A stretch of 64,000 bases of DNA from an uncultured Bacilli bacterium (GCA_910580135.1 CAJTXC010000001.1:2425-66424); one strand, 5' to 3'; counted from the first letter of the stretch, positions 1 to 9,570 are shown. Translations and numbers: made by a program. Notes: generated by a model not told the origin, from the sequence alone.

Positions 1-78
1 TATTAAAAGAAATGCTCCTCGTATCACTACGAAGAGCATCTAAATAAACCTTAAATCTAATACCATGAAAAACACATT

Positions 79-115
79 AAATAAATCAATTAATAAATCA
101 ATAAATAAACCAATT
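79..115. repeat. three imperfect tandem copies of AATAAAYCAAT(T)
   Basis: Read directly: aaataaatcaatt / aataaatcaat / aaataaaccaatt, inside the 500-bp non-coding leader. Confidence 0.5.
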
Positions 116-374
116 AAAAATATAAAATCTTTAATATTAAAGAGTATCTTTAGTACTATTATTTAATATTATTAAGAGTAATATAATTAATTCGTGTTTC
201 ACTACGTTCAACACTCATTGTAAGCATATTATCTTTGATTTCTCCTTTGTAGGAGCAAAGGTAATAGAATTTGCCTGAATATACAAATTTTTATATATTT
301 TTAACTTATATGTTAAAGTTTGTAGAATTTTACAATTTTTAAGATTATATCACTACTATCTGGAATATTATTAT

Positions 375-382
375 TATATTTG
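375..382 (+). promoter_or_regulatory. possible Bacteroides-type -7 box (TATATTTG)
   Basis: Matches TAnnTTTG. No TTTG -33 element at the proper spacing, and it lies 118 nt before ATG 500. Confidence 0.25.
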
Positions 383-499
383 CCACGAATATGAATTGTA
401 ACACCTCTTTATATAATATATTATATATTAGATAATAGTAATAATAACAATAATTTTAATATTAATCTTAATGTTTAACATTTAATTAAAAGTAATAGT

Positions 500-1075
500 A
501 TGCTAACACTTGAAGTAAATAGCAAACAAGGAGTTTTCCAACTCAATCTGCCTACTTCTCTTAATGAGATTGACGAATCTTATATAATGGAAGTAACAAA
601 TCACGTTAAAGTTGATGCTAATTATACTCTTATTGGAGTTGTTTTTAGAGAAAAACTTTCTACTCTTGTTCTTGCTGCTCGTAAAAGTAAGAAAAATTCT
701 GATATTCCTGTAATTCCTATATTTGTTAAGGCAGGAGAAACAGATAGTAAACTTATAAATTCTCTTAAAATTCGCGATAAACTTATTATGTCAGCTAGTG
801 ATATAATGATTGGTTATCACATTTCTGCTCCTAATAATCTTATTACAATAAATACTATTTTAGATTTGCTTGATGGTGATATAAAAGTTTATAATCAACT
901 TATGGCAAGTCAAGAAATGTGTTATTTTATTGAATTTAAACTTGTTCCTAATTGTAATATTCATGGAGCATACGGACTTACTGATGTAGCAGGTTTTAAT
1001 AATCCTTTTGTTAAGAAACTTGCTAGTTCCACAAAGAGTAATATAATTATACCTAATAGTGGTATTATAGTTTAA
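500..1075 (+). CDS. hypothetical protein (191 aa)
   Basis: ATG ORF from the track, first gene after the leader, followed by the hairpin at 1087-1123. No motif recognised. Confidence 0.6.
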   Translation: MLTLEVNSKQGVFQLNLPTSLNEIDESYIMEVTNHVKVDANYTLIGVVFREKLSTLVLAARKSKKNSDIPVIPIFVKAGETDSKLINSLKIRDKLIMSASDIMIGYHISAPNNLITINTILDLLDGDIKVYNQLMASQEMCYFIEFKLVPNCNIHGAYGLTDVAGFNNPFVKKLASSTKSNIIIPNSGIIV

Positions 1076-1086
1076 TAAAGTTCATT

Positions 1087-1123
1087 TCTACGGGGGAGCT
1101 AATATACTTAGTTCTCTCGTAGA
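1087..1123 (+). terminator. intergenic stem-loop built from the iterated motif (possible terminator)
   Basis: tctacgggggag (1087-1098) pairs with ttctctcgtaga (1112-1123): 12 pairs including 3 G-T/U wobbles, 13-nt loop. A T-rich tail (tattactttt) follows, and it sits 11 nt after the stop of ORF 500-1075. Confidence 0.4.
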
Positions 1124-1145
1124 TATTACTTTTAATAATATAAGT

Positions 1146-1649
1146 ATGGCAGATACTTTTAAATTTCCTAATGGTGGATATGATGTTACAATATGTCGTA
1201 AACAAGATATATTAGATTGTATCGACAAAAATATCATTGATAAAGATGTAGCTTTAGCTATAGTTGAACATTGTGAGTTTCAAGCTGCATCTTTTATTCG
1301 TGAAGGTAGATGGACTGGTATTCCTTTTATTGGAAATATTAGAATACCTAAAACAGTTCAAATGCTTAAATCTGATGAACAGCAAGCTCTTATTCAAGAT
1401 GCTAAAGAACAACTTGGTAAAGAGCAATATATAATGTTCAGAAAGAAACTTAATAAAGAAAACGCTAAACAAATTTCACAAGATAGATATTATAGATATA
1501 TAACAAGTATTGCAGTAAATAATAATAGAAAATTATTTAGAAAATTATGTGATACTAAAGGTGAAGTTTATGCTAGACTTTTTCTTTATTGTTCTCATGA
1601 AGTTGTAGCAGTTAGTAATGAGTATATTAATTTAGAAGATTATGAATAG
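1146..1649 (+). CDS. hypothetical protein (167 aa)
   Basis: ATG ORF. Its 8-nt overlap with the next gene suggests translational coupling. Confidence 0.6.
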   Translation: MADTFKFPNGGYDVTICRKQDILDCIDKNIIDKDVALAIVEHCEFQAASFIREGRWTGIPFIGNIRIPKTVQMLKSDEQQALIQDAKEQLGKEQYIMFRKKLNKENAKQISQDRYYRYITSIAVNNNRKLFRKLCDTKGEVYARLFLYCSHEVVAVSNEYINLEDYE

Positions 1650-2253
1650 TAAACTCCTTATAGATAGTCTTATTGTTATTGATGATAATGGTATGCCTAA
1701 GCCACCTACTACTCGTCAACTAATAGACAGAGATATTAGAGAGCTTTACACACGAGATAAAACACCAGATAAGAAAAATTATATAGCTGAATGTATTATT
1801 ATTTATTATCTTGGTGACCCAAAATCACCTGCAAGACAAGCAGGACTTAGTGACCCAGAAGCTCTTAAAATGGCTATTGAACAAGCCGGTCTTGATAAAA
1901 AATATATTCCTGATAAATTAGTTATTCGTCTTATAAGTCGTTATTATGATGAAAATATAACTGAAGCAGGTAAAGTTGTAGAAAACATTCTTAAAACTAT
2001 CCATAATATAAATTTAAGTGTTGATGTAGTAAATAATCTACTTAATGAGAAACTTAATTCAACTATTACACTTGAGGAAATTCCGAATATTATGACTCTT
2101 ATAGATTCTGTTAAAAAGCAAGCTGGAGATATTCCTTCTCTTCTTAAAAAACTTGAAGAGGCTAAACAGAATCTTATGTATGAAAAAGAAACTGAACTTT
2201 CTCGTGGTGGTCAAGCAGTACTTAGTAGTATGGATGCTGAAGAATATAATTAA
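1642..2253 (+). CDS. hypothetical protein (203 aa)
   Basis: ATG ORF overlapping the stop of the previous gene. Confidence 0.6.
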   Translation: MNSKLLIDSLIVIDDNGMPKPPTTRQLIDRDIRELYTRDKTPDKKNYIAECIIIYYLGDPKSPARQAGLSDPEALKMAIEQAGLDKKYIPDKLVIRLISRYYDENITEAGKVVENILKTIHNINLSVDVVNNLLNEKLNSTITLEEIPNIMTLIDSVKKQAGDIPSLLKKLEEAKQNLMYEKETELSRGGQAVLSSMDAEEYN

Positions 2254-2255
2254 TT

Positions 2256-3257
2256 ATGAGAGATACAAGATACGACGAGATATTTCTTTATTTTAAAGAA
2301 GAAGGTCATAAATATAATGATTCTAATGGTAATAGTTATACTTCTGTTACTACTTTAATTCATGATAATTATGTTCCTAAATTCAATAAGAAATATTGGC
2401 TTCATAAGAAAGCTAAAGAACTTGGTATAAGTGAGAAGCAACTTGAAGCTCAATGGCAAGCTATAACTGATGAAGCTTGTGCTCGTGGAACTGTTACTCA
2501 TAATGGTCTTGAAGATGCTATCAAAGAAGTTAGTATGTTTAAGAAAGCTATTCAATATCTTACAAAGATTGACGATGGTAGAGTAGTAACAGTTGCTGAT
2601 ATTCCTTATCTTAAAGTTAAACCTCTTGATATAGAAGAATTTAAGAAAGCTACTAATTATAAATACGAAGAGATTTATAGAGTATTTCAATTCTATATTG
2701 ATAAAGGTTATACTATTTATAGTGAAATTGGAGCTTTTCTTATAGACCATCTTATTTCTGGAACTATAGATATTCTTTGTATAAGAGAACAAGATTTTGT
2801 TATTCTTGATTGGAAAACTAATCGTGATGGTCTACAATTTCAAGCAGGTTATTTTAAGAAAGATAAAACTTGTAAACCTGCTCAAAGAACTAATGAATAT
2901 GTTCTAAAATCAGAATATATGCTACCTCCTCTTAATTATCTTCCTAATTGTAACGGTTATCATTATACTATGCAATTATCTTTATATGCAAGAATGGTAG
3001 AACTTATTCTTGGTATTCCTTGTGTTGGACTTGGACTTTGTCATATTGCTAGTCCTTTTGTTAAGAACCGATATGGTATGCCTTATAGAGATGAACATAA
3101 TCAATATCCTATAGACCCAAATGGAGTTGAAGTTCCTACTTGGTATAGAATCGGTTATCGTAGAAAAGAAGCAGATTTAGTTCTTGCTGATAGACTTGTT
3201 AAAGTTAGGGCTAATAAAATTAATAATATATCTCAAAAAAGTTTATTTGATTTATGA
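2256..3257 (+). CDS. PD-(D/E)XK nuclease, RecB/Cas4-like
   Basis: Translation shows GTIDIL...VILDWKT (D...D/ExK) followed by YTMQLSLYARM (QxxxY), the motif order of RecB-family nucleases. Confidence 0.55.
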   Translation: MRDTRYDEIFLYFKEEGHKYNDSNGNSYTSVTTLIHDNYVPKFNKKYWLHKKAKELGISEKQLEAQWQAITDEACARGTVTHNGLEDAIKEVSMFKKAIQYLTKIDDGRVVTVADIPYLKVKPLDIEEFKKATNYKYEEIYRVFQFYIDKGYTIYSEIGAFLIDHLISGTIDILCIREQDFVILDWKTNRDGLQFQAGYFKKDKTCKPAQRTNEYVLKSEYMLPPLNYLPNCNGYHYTMQLSLYARMVELILGIPCVGLGLCHIASPFVKNRYGMPYRDEHNQYPIDPNGVEVPTWYRIGYRRKEADLVLADRLVKVRANKINNISQKSLFDL

Positions 3258-3880
3258 AAACTCAGTTGTACGCAAAATGTAAAGTTTGTGATTTTGAAGC
3301 ACTTCTTAAGAAAAAAGGTTATGCTTATTTTAATAAAGGTAACTATAATCTTAATATTATAGGAGTTCGTAGTAATCAAGGTAATAAAGTTACAAATAAA
3401 TATGATGACTGTCTTGTAGTAATATATAATACAGATTCTGGTTGGAAACGTCAAATATATACTATTACTACAGAACCTGGACTTAAACTTATGAAAGCTC
3501 CAAGTAATAGTAAAGGTACTGCTATTCTTGCACCTGGTCAATATCGTGGAGCTTATAAAATAGATAAACATCGTGGTAAATATGATGCTCTTTGTCAAAG
3601 GAATAAAGTTGTAAAAGTTTATCGTGATAATAATCGTAATGAAATTTATGATTATAAACCTGAGAATATTGATACAGGAATGTTTGGTATTAATATTCAT
3701 CGTTCTAATGAGTTTTGGACTCGTACTACAATAGATGGTTATTCAGCAGGTTGTCAAGTATTTAACGACCCTAAAGAATTTAATTCTTTTATGACTCTTG
3801 TTAAAAAGTCCGCTGCTATTTTTGGTAATTGTTTTACTTATACACTTATTAATGAAGAAGATATAGATGAAATGGTCTGA
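3254..3880 (+). CDS. putative cell-wall enzyme with YkuD-like (L,D-transpeptidase fold) H...SxGC motif; endolysin candidate
   Basis: GINIHRSN...DGYSAGCQVF resembles the catalytic His ... S-x-G-C signature of the YkuD fold. ATGA start/stop overlap with the upstream gene, and two small membrane proteins follow. Confidence 0.4.
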   Translation: MKTQLYAKCKVCDFEALLKKKGYAYFNKGNYNLNIIGVRSNQGNKVTNKYDDCLVVIYNTDSGWKRQIYTITTEPGLKLMKAPSNSKGTAILAPGQYRGAYKIDKHRGKYDALCQRNKVVKVYRDNNRNEIYDYKPENIDTGMFGINIHRSNEFWTRTTIDGYSAGCQVFNDPKEFNSFMTLVKKSAAIFGNCFTYTLINEEDIDEMV

Positions 3881-4157
3881 TATAAAGAAAGGTTTAGCAG
3901 ACTGGTTTGCTAAACTATTTTTGGTAATTGGAATACTTGCTACTATTGGTGGTTTTGTTTATACTTGTTGTAGAGATAAAGAGAATACCACACCCCCCGT
4001 AGAAAGCAACAAAATAGACTCAATTATTAAAGAGAATGATAAACTTATTATTGAAGTTGAAAATTTAGATAGTATTAAAGATGCAAAAGTTATTGAAGTT
4101 AAGAGTTTGGATAATGATAGCACTCTTAGATTGTTCTATCAACTTATCGGCAAATAA
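3867..4157 (+). CDS. small membrane protein, N-terminal TM helix (holin or i-spanin-like candidate)
   Basis: The LFLVIGILATIGGFVYTCC hydrophobic segment is followed by a charged, coiled-coil-like tail. Position is directly after the putative lysin. Confidence 0.45.
   Translation: MKWSDIKKGLADWFAKLFLVIGILATIGGFVYTCCRDKENTTPPVESNKIDSIIKENDKLIIEVENLDSIKDAKVIEVKSLDNDSTLRLFYQLIGK
3992..4003 (-). repeat. iterated motif, variant (ACCCCCCGTAGA; 2 changes)
   Basis: Inside ORF 3867-4157, read as TTPPVES. Confidence 0.6.
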
Positions 4158-4461
4158 TACTGATGTAGATAGTCTGAACCTTTCTACGGGGGAGGTAGTT
4201 CAACCTAAAGATTCTGTTCTTATTTCTTATGATGATTTAAGACTTGCTAATTCTAAACTTATAGAACTTGATTATGAAAAACAAATTAATAATAACTTAC
4301 GTTGTGTTATCGCTAATGATAGTATTATTATCCGAGATTATCAAGTTCTCAATGATAGAATTAATAAAGATTGTAAGAAAGTAACTCGTCAAAGAAATAT
4401 AGCATTTGGTGGAGCAGCATTTCTATTTCTTACTACTATTATTACATTACTTATAAAATGA
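4081..4461 (+). CDS. small membrane protein, C-terminal TM helix; overlaps previous gene out of frame
   Basis: AFGGAAFLFLTTIITLLIK lies at the C-terminus. The possible lipobox-like ALLDC near the N-terminus is weak. The start is uncertain (ATG 4081 or 4114). Confidence 0.4.
   Translation: MQKLLKLRVWIMIALLDCSINLSANNTDVDSLNLSTGEVVQPKDSVLISYDDLRLANSKLIELDYEKQINNNLRCVIANDSIIIRDYQVLNDRINKDCKKVTRQRNIAFGGAAFLFLTTIITLLIK
4183..4194 (+). repeat. iterated motif, exact TCTACGGGGGAG
   Basis: Context gaaccTTTCTACGGGGGAGGTAGTTcaacc, inside ORF 4081-4461, read as LSTGEVV. Confidence 0.9.
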
Positions 4462-4462
4462 T

Positions 4463-6745
4463 ATGGTAAAACTTGAAGCTAATGTAGAAGAAGTTATTAG
4501 GACTTATCCTTTTTTGAATTATATTAATGAGGATAAAAGTCACTATAAAACAGCTACTGAGGCTGGTTATAATGACCCTGATAATTTATTTCTTGTTGGT
4601 GATAGTGGAGGATTTCTTCTTAATATACAACCTGGTGATAAATTTGTAAATACTCATTTATTTACTGAAATGGCTGATTTTTATCGTAAGAATAAGAAAT
4701 ATACTTTTCTTAAAGAAGATACTATTCCACATCGTCAATTAAGAAAAAGAGAAGAATATCGTAGGAAGCATGGTATTAGTATGCCATGCTTGCTGCGTAA
4801 TGGTAAGATTGAGAATGTAAGAATTACTGGTTCTCATTATAATTTTCTTAACTATACTATGATTGAACAGCTTGATGAAAGTACAACTCAATCTACTTCT
4901 AAGTCTAGTGTAGCTAAGAAATATTATGATTTTAGTAAATTTATAGATGCTCAATTTTGGACATTTCATGTAATGGAATTTGCTATACGTAACGGTTTTC
5001 ATCTTATTATAGATAAAACTCGTCGTGGTGGATTCTCTTATATTATGGCTGCTGATAGTGCTAATAATATAAATTTACAGCCTCGTAAAGTACAAATTCA
5101 CGTTGCTGCTGATAAGAAGTATCTTGTAGCTACTGGTGGTCTTACTGATTTTGCAATAAATAATCTTCGTTTCTTTGAAACTAAAACTCCTTTTGTAAAA
5201 GGTATTCTATCGACAGATAAAGAAAACTTTCGTCTTGGTTTTAAACTTCCTAATGGAGTTGTAAGTCCTAAAAGTTGGAACTCTGCTTTATTTACTGTAT
5301 CTGCAATGAACAATCCTGATTGTGCTATTGGTAAAGACGCAGTTAATGTTAAAGTAGAAGAACTTTCTACTATGGAAAACTTTGATGAGTTTATGTCTGT
5401 TACCGAACCTGCAATGCGTACTGGTAGTTATACTACTGGTAGTTTGTTTTGTTGGGGAACTGCAACATCTGGTAATATGCAAGTTTTTGAACAAAATTTT
5501 TATTCTCCACGTTCTTATAATTTTATGCCTTTTGAGAATGTTTGGGATAAAGATTGTCGTAATGAAATTTGTGGTTACTTTAAAAGTTATGCTTGGGGTC
5601 TTCAAGGACAAATTGGTGACCAATTTGCAATGGATGAAGATGGTAACTCTAATATAGAACTTGGTCTTCGTATTGCATATAATGAACGTAAAAAGAAAAA
5701 AGATACAGCTAAAACATTTGCTGATTATATAAACTATCTTGGTCAGTATGCTCTTATGCCAGCAGAATCTTTTAGTTCTGCTACTGAAAATCTTTTTAGT
5801 AGTGAAGAACTTATGGCTTGGGAAGAGCGTCTTAGAACTGATAATAGTTTTAAATTTTATGCAGATGGTTGGCTTTTTGAAGAGAACGGTAAAGTTGTAT
5901 TTAAAACTAATTCTCGTATAGCTGCTGAAGGTGGAAAACATAATGTAGATTTTTACGATTGGATTGAAGGTGTTCCTCGTAAAGGTCATGAACATCCTCA
6001 TGGTTGTATTAGGAAATGGTTTAACCCAATGCAAGTTCCTCATATAAATAAAGAGGGTAAACAAGTTATTGGTACTCCTCCGGGATTATATTCTATTAGT
6101 TATGACCCGGTTGGTGTGAATAAAGAAAATAAACTTATTACTAATAAACATTCTCACAACTCTATTAAAGTATGGATGAACCCAACTCCCTATAATGGTT
6201 TTAAAACAGCTTTAGTTTGTGCTTATTATGGTCGTCCTGAAAAACTTGAAGAAGCTGATAGAGTTTGTTTACTTCTTGCTAAATATTATAATTGTATAGG
6301 AACAACAGGAGTTGAGATTAACCGTGGTGAAACTGTAAGTAATTTTACTAAGTGGAAAGCTCTTAAATATCTTATGAAAGACCCAGTAGAAATTTGGGAT
6401 ACTTCTATTAAAGGTAATATTGTTTCTACTTATGGTGTTAATATGGGTGATGGAACAAAGAAACTTGAAGGTCTTCGATTACTTAAAGAAATGCTTTATT
6501 CGGTTATTGGACAAGATGATTTAGGTAATGATGTTTATTTGTTTCAAACTATATATGATTATCAATCTATTCTTGAACTTAAAAAATGGAATAGTCTTGG
6601 TAACTTTGACCGTGTTTCAGAAATGATTATTCGTGCTCTTCAATGGCGACTTTGTGATATAGAAGCAGCCAAAGAACTTGCACATCGTAAAAAATTAGTT
6701 ACAGATGATGATAAAAAGAATATATTAACAAGAGCTTGGTTTTAA
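4463..6745 (+). CDS. terL: terminase large subunit (candidate)
   Basis: A 760-aa ORF sits two genes upstream of the portal-size gene. The KTRRGGFSYIMA segment is Walker-A-like. Size and position match crAss-like TerL. This is not verified by search. Confidence 0.55.
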   Translation: MVKLEANVEEVIRTYPFLNYINEDKSHYKTATEAGYNDPDNLFLVGDSGGFLLNIQPGDKFVNTHLFTEMADFYRKNKKYTFLKEDTIPHRQLRKREEYRRKHGISMPCLLRNGKIENVRITGSHYNFLNYTMIEQLDESTTQSTSKSSVAKKYYDFSKFIDAQFWTFHVMEFAIRNGFHLIIDKTRRGGFSYIMAADSANNINLQPRKVQIHVAADKKYLVATGGLTDFAINNLRFFETKTPFVKGILSTDKENFRLGFKLPNGVVSPKSWNSALFTVSAMNNPDCAIGKDAVNVKVEELSTMENFDEFMSVTEPAMRTGSYTTGSLFCWGTATSGNMQVFEQNFYSPRSYNFMPFENVWDKDCRNEICGYFKSYAWGLQGQIGDQFAMDEDGNSNIELGLRIAYNERKKKKDTAKTFADYINYLGQYALMPAESFSSATENLFSSEELMAWEERLRTDNSFKFYADGWLFEENGKVVFKTNSRIAAEGGKHNVDFYDWIEGVPRKGHEHPHGCIRKWFNPMQVPHINKEGKQVIGTPPGLYSISYDPVGVNKENKLITNKHSHNSIKVWMNPTPYNGFKTALVCAYYGRPEKLEEADRVCLLLAKYYNCIGTTGVEINRGETVSNFTKWKALKYLMKDPVEIWDTSIKGNIVSTYGVNMGDGTKKLEGLRLLKEMLYSVIGQDDLGNDVYLFQTIYDYQSILELKKWNSLGNFDRVSEMIIRALQWRLCDIEAAKELAHRKKLVTDDDKKNILTRAWF

Positions 6746-6749
6746 TAAT

Positions 6750-7151
6750 ATGGCTAAATTTAAAGTTATACCTATTGATTTATATAAACGTGACATTACT
6801 GTTTTTATAGGCACTCACGATGAGTTTAAACAATGGGTTGAAAGTTACAAAGTTCCTTCAAGTTGGGAACAGCTTATAGAAAGTATTGTTGAAAGTGATG
6901 ATAATGCTGTTGCATCATATTGGTATAATAACAATAACGGAAATGGTATAATAGAACTTTGTTGTCATCCTGAAAAGAAAGAAGAAATAGGTATAGCAGC
7001 ACATGAATGTTTACATTGTGCTATGCATATTCTTTCTTATGTTAATATACCTTGTATTCCTCATGGTGCTAACGAAGCTTATACATATCTCTTAGAATAT
7101 CTTCTTGTAAGAGTATTAGATTACAATGATTATGAACTTGTAAAACTGTAA
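6750..7151 (+). CDS. small protein with HExxH motif (putative zinc metallopeptidase-like)
   Basis: HECLH is encoded at 7002-7016 (AAHECLHCAMH), and a further His lies downstream. Confidence 0.4.
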   Translation: MAKFKVIPIDLYKRDITVFIGTHDEFKQWVESYKVPSSWEQLIESIVESDDNAVASYWYNNNNGNGIIELCCHPEKKEEIGIAAHECLHCAMHILSYVNIPCIPHGANEAYTYLLEYLLVRVLDYNDYELVKL

Positions 7152-7155
7152 TATT

Positions 7156-9570
7156 ATGATGCCTAAGTATGATGCTACTTTTCCTCAACAACGAGTTAGT
7201 GGCGCAATTAAAAGAACAGCAGATTGGTATGCTAATTGCATAGATTATGTAATTGATGCTGGTCTTAGTTTTAACGATAGAAGTGATACTGAATTAAAAC
7301 TTGGTATTCTTCGTGGTGATTTACCTAATGAATTTTATAAGAAAACTCTTAATCCTTATAATAGTACTAACGAGAAACATACTCGTTTTCCTGCTACTCT
7401 TCGTAATCTTGATATTATGTCAGATATTATTCGTAGATATGTATCTGAATATTTCAAAGGTGTTCACGAATTTGTAGTTGGTGCTAACAATCCAGATATT
7501 GTCATAAATAAAAATGCTAAACTCAAAGAAAAGATTGGAGAATTAGCCCAACAAGCTTTTCAACAAGAGTTTGAAAGACAATATCAAGCAATGGTTCAAC
7601 AAGCTCAACAACAAGGTCAAGACCCAAGTACTATTGACCCACAACAAGCAATGCCTGATGTTGAACAATTTATTGCTGATTTTAATGAAAAATATATAGA
7701 TGATGAGAGTAAACAAGGTCAAGATATTCTTGATTATATCAGAGCAATGACTCAAGATAATATTATTTATCTTTCTGCTTTCTTTAATTTTGTTTCTCTT
7801 GGAGAATGTTATTCTTATTCAGATGTAAGAGGAGATAAACTTTTTAAAGAGAACGTTCCTGTTCTTGAAGCTTTCCCTATTCCTAATGATAAGTTCTTTG
7901 TCGAAGACCATGATATGTTTGCAAGACGTATGCTTATGTCTTATCAGCAAATAGTAGATATGTTTGATGATATGCTTACAGATAAGGATAAGAAATTTCT
8001 TGAAGTATATTATGGTAGAGCTACTACAAATAACGGAATAACGCATCTCAACTATACTCAAATGTTTGAAACTTATCCTGATATTTGTGATAAGTTTTCA
8101 AAAAAAGAACGAGAGCTATTTAAAAAAGAACCTATTTGTATTCATGCTGAAAATAATAATCTATTTGAAGTTTGGCACGTTGTATGGAGAGGAGAAGCTA
8201 AAAGAGGTATTCTTACATATATAAACGAATTAGGACTTGAAACTACTCGTGTAGTAGAAGAAGATTATGAATTTAATGCAGAAGCTGGAGATATAAATAT
8301 TGAATGGGTTTATGAACCTCAAGTTTATGAAGGTTATCGTATAGGCGGAAGATATAATTCTATTTATCCTATTAAAGCCCGTCCAGTTACATTTAACCGT
8401 AATGGTAAACTCCCTTATAATGGTATTATGGAAGTTCTTCCTATGATGGGTAAATTTAGCATTATTAAACTTGTTACTCCTTATCAAGTTATGCGTAATA
8501 TATTTGCTTATCATAGAGAAATGGTTATAGCAAAGAATAAAATGCTAATTCTTCTTCTTCCAGAATCTCTTATTACTTCTAATGCAGAAGATAAGATTTA
8601 TAAGATGGCAGCTGATGGTGTTCTTCTTATAGATGATGCTGAAGATACTAACTCTCTTAAAATGCAACAAATAAGATTACTTAATGCTAATATGGGTGAT
8701 TATATTACTCAGCTTACTAATCTTATGGAAGCTACTAAACTTGAAGCAAGAGAGATGGTAGATATGAATATGCAACGTTATGGTGATATTGCACAATCTG
8801 CTGGAGCTGCTACAACACAAGAAGCTATTACACGTTCTTCTATGGGTATGGTTATTCTTGTTCAAATGTTTGATGAATTTAGAAAAGCAGATTATAATAG
8901 AGATTTAGATTATTGCAAACTTGCATTTGTTGAAGGACTTGATACTTCTTATTGGGATGAACTTGGTAAACGTAGATTTATTAGTCTTGATGTAAATAGT
9001 TTTGTCGGTTCTGATTATTCTACTACAGTTCGTAATGATTCTAAAGAACTTGATAAGATTCAACAACTTCGTCAATGGGCATTTAGTGCTGCTCAGAATG
9101 GTGACCTTGATATTGCTCTTGCTGCAATATCTGGAGACAATGTTTCTCAAATAAAAGCTACTGTTCAAAAGTTCATGGAAATTAAACGTCAGCATGAAGA
9201 ACAGATGCAGCAGATAGAACAAATGATGAAGCAGGAAGAGATGCAAGCTAAACTTCAAGAGATTGCTGCTAAAGGTGAACAAGATAGATTGACACAAGAA
9301 TTTAAATATTCTTATGAAATGCAACTTAAATATATTGATGTTGATATGTCGATGCTTGCTGCTAACAGCAATGATGAAGGTGCTAGAAATAGACTTGCTG
9401 CATTAGCTGAAAGTAATAAGCATAATCTTGAACAACAACGTATTCAACTTGAACGTGAAAAGATTATGGCTGATACTTATAGTAAAGCTGCTGATAGAGA
9501 AGTTAAACGTCATCAAATAGATACTCAATTAAAAATAGCTAAAACTAATAAAAATAGATATGATAAATAA
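7156..9570 (+). CDS. portal protein (candidate)
   Basis: An 804-aa ORF lies downstream of the terminase-size gene and upstream of the capsid genes. It has a Q/E-rich coiled C-terminus and is followed by a terminator. Confidence 0.55.
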   Translation: MMPKYDATFPQQRVSGAIKRTADWYANCIDYVIDAGLSFNDRSDTELKLGILRGDLPNEFYKKTLNPYNSTNEKHTRFPATLRNLDIMSDIIRRYVSEYFKGVHEFVVGANNPDIVINKNAKLKEKIGELAQQAFQQEFERQYQAMVQQAQQQGQDPSTIDPQQAMPDVEQFIADFNEKYIDDESKQGQDILDYIRAMTQDNIIYLSAFFNFVSLGECYSYSDVRGDKLFKENVPVLEAFPIPNDKFFVEDHDMFARRMLMSYQQIVDMFDDMLTDKDKKFLEVYYGRATTNNGITHLNYTQMFETYPDICDKFSKKERELFKKEPICIHAENNNLFEVWHVVWRGEAKRGILTYINELGLETTRVVEEDYEFNAEAGDINIEWVYEPQVYEGYRIGGRYNSIYPIKARPVTFNRNGKLPYNGIMEVLPMMGKFSIIKLVTPYQVMRNIFAYHREMVIAKNKMLILLLPESLITSNAEDKIYKMAADGVLLIDDAEDTNSLKMQQIRLLNANMGDYITQLTNLMEATKLEAREMVDMNMQRYGDIAQSAGAATTQEAITRSSMGMVILVQMFDEFRKADYNRDLDYCKLAFVEGLDTSYWDELGKRRFISLDVNSFVGSDYSTTVRNDSKELDKIQQLRQWAFSAAQNGDLDIALAAISGDNVSQIKATVQKFMEIKRQHEEQMQQIEQMMKQEEMQAKLQEIAAKGEQDRLTQEFKYSYEMQLKYIDVDMSMLAANSNDEGARNRLAALAESNKHNLEQQRIQLEREKIMADTYSKAADREVKRHQIDTQLKIAKTNKNRYDK

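Noticed and set aside
411-426. Perfect 16-bp palindrome ATATAATATATTATAT.
   Set aside because: It is composed only of A and T in a very AT-rich leader. Such palindromes are expected by chance and carry little information alone.
4183-4194. STGE as a protein-level motif, for example a cleavage or modification site.
   Set aside because: The same nucleotides are read as YGG in another frame and as SPVE from the other strand. Synonymous positions are invariant. Copies also occur in non-coding DNA.
3992-4194. The ~200-bp units 3992-4194 and 17456-17657 as copies of a MITE.
   Set aside because: Only the ~13-bp termini and the GAACC flank are shared. The interiors show no similarity that I can see and are ordinary in-frame coding sequence.
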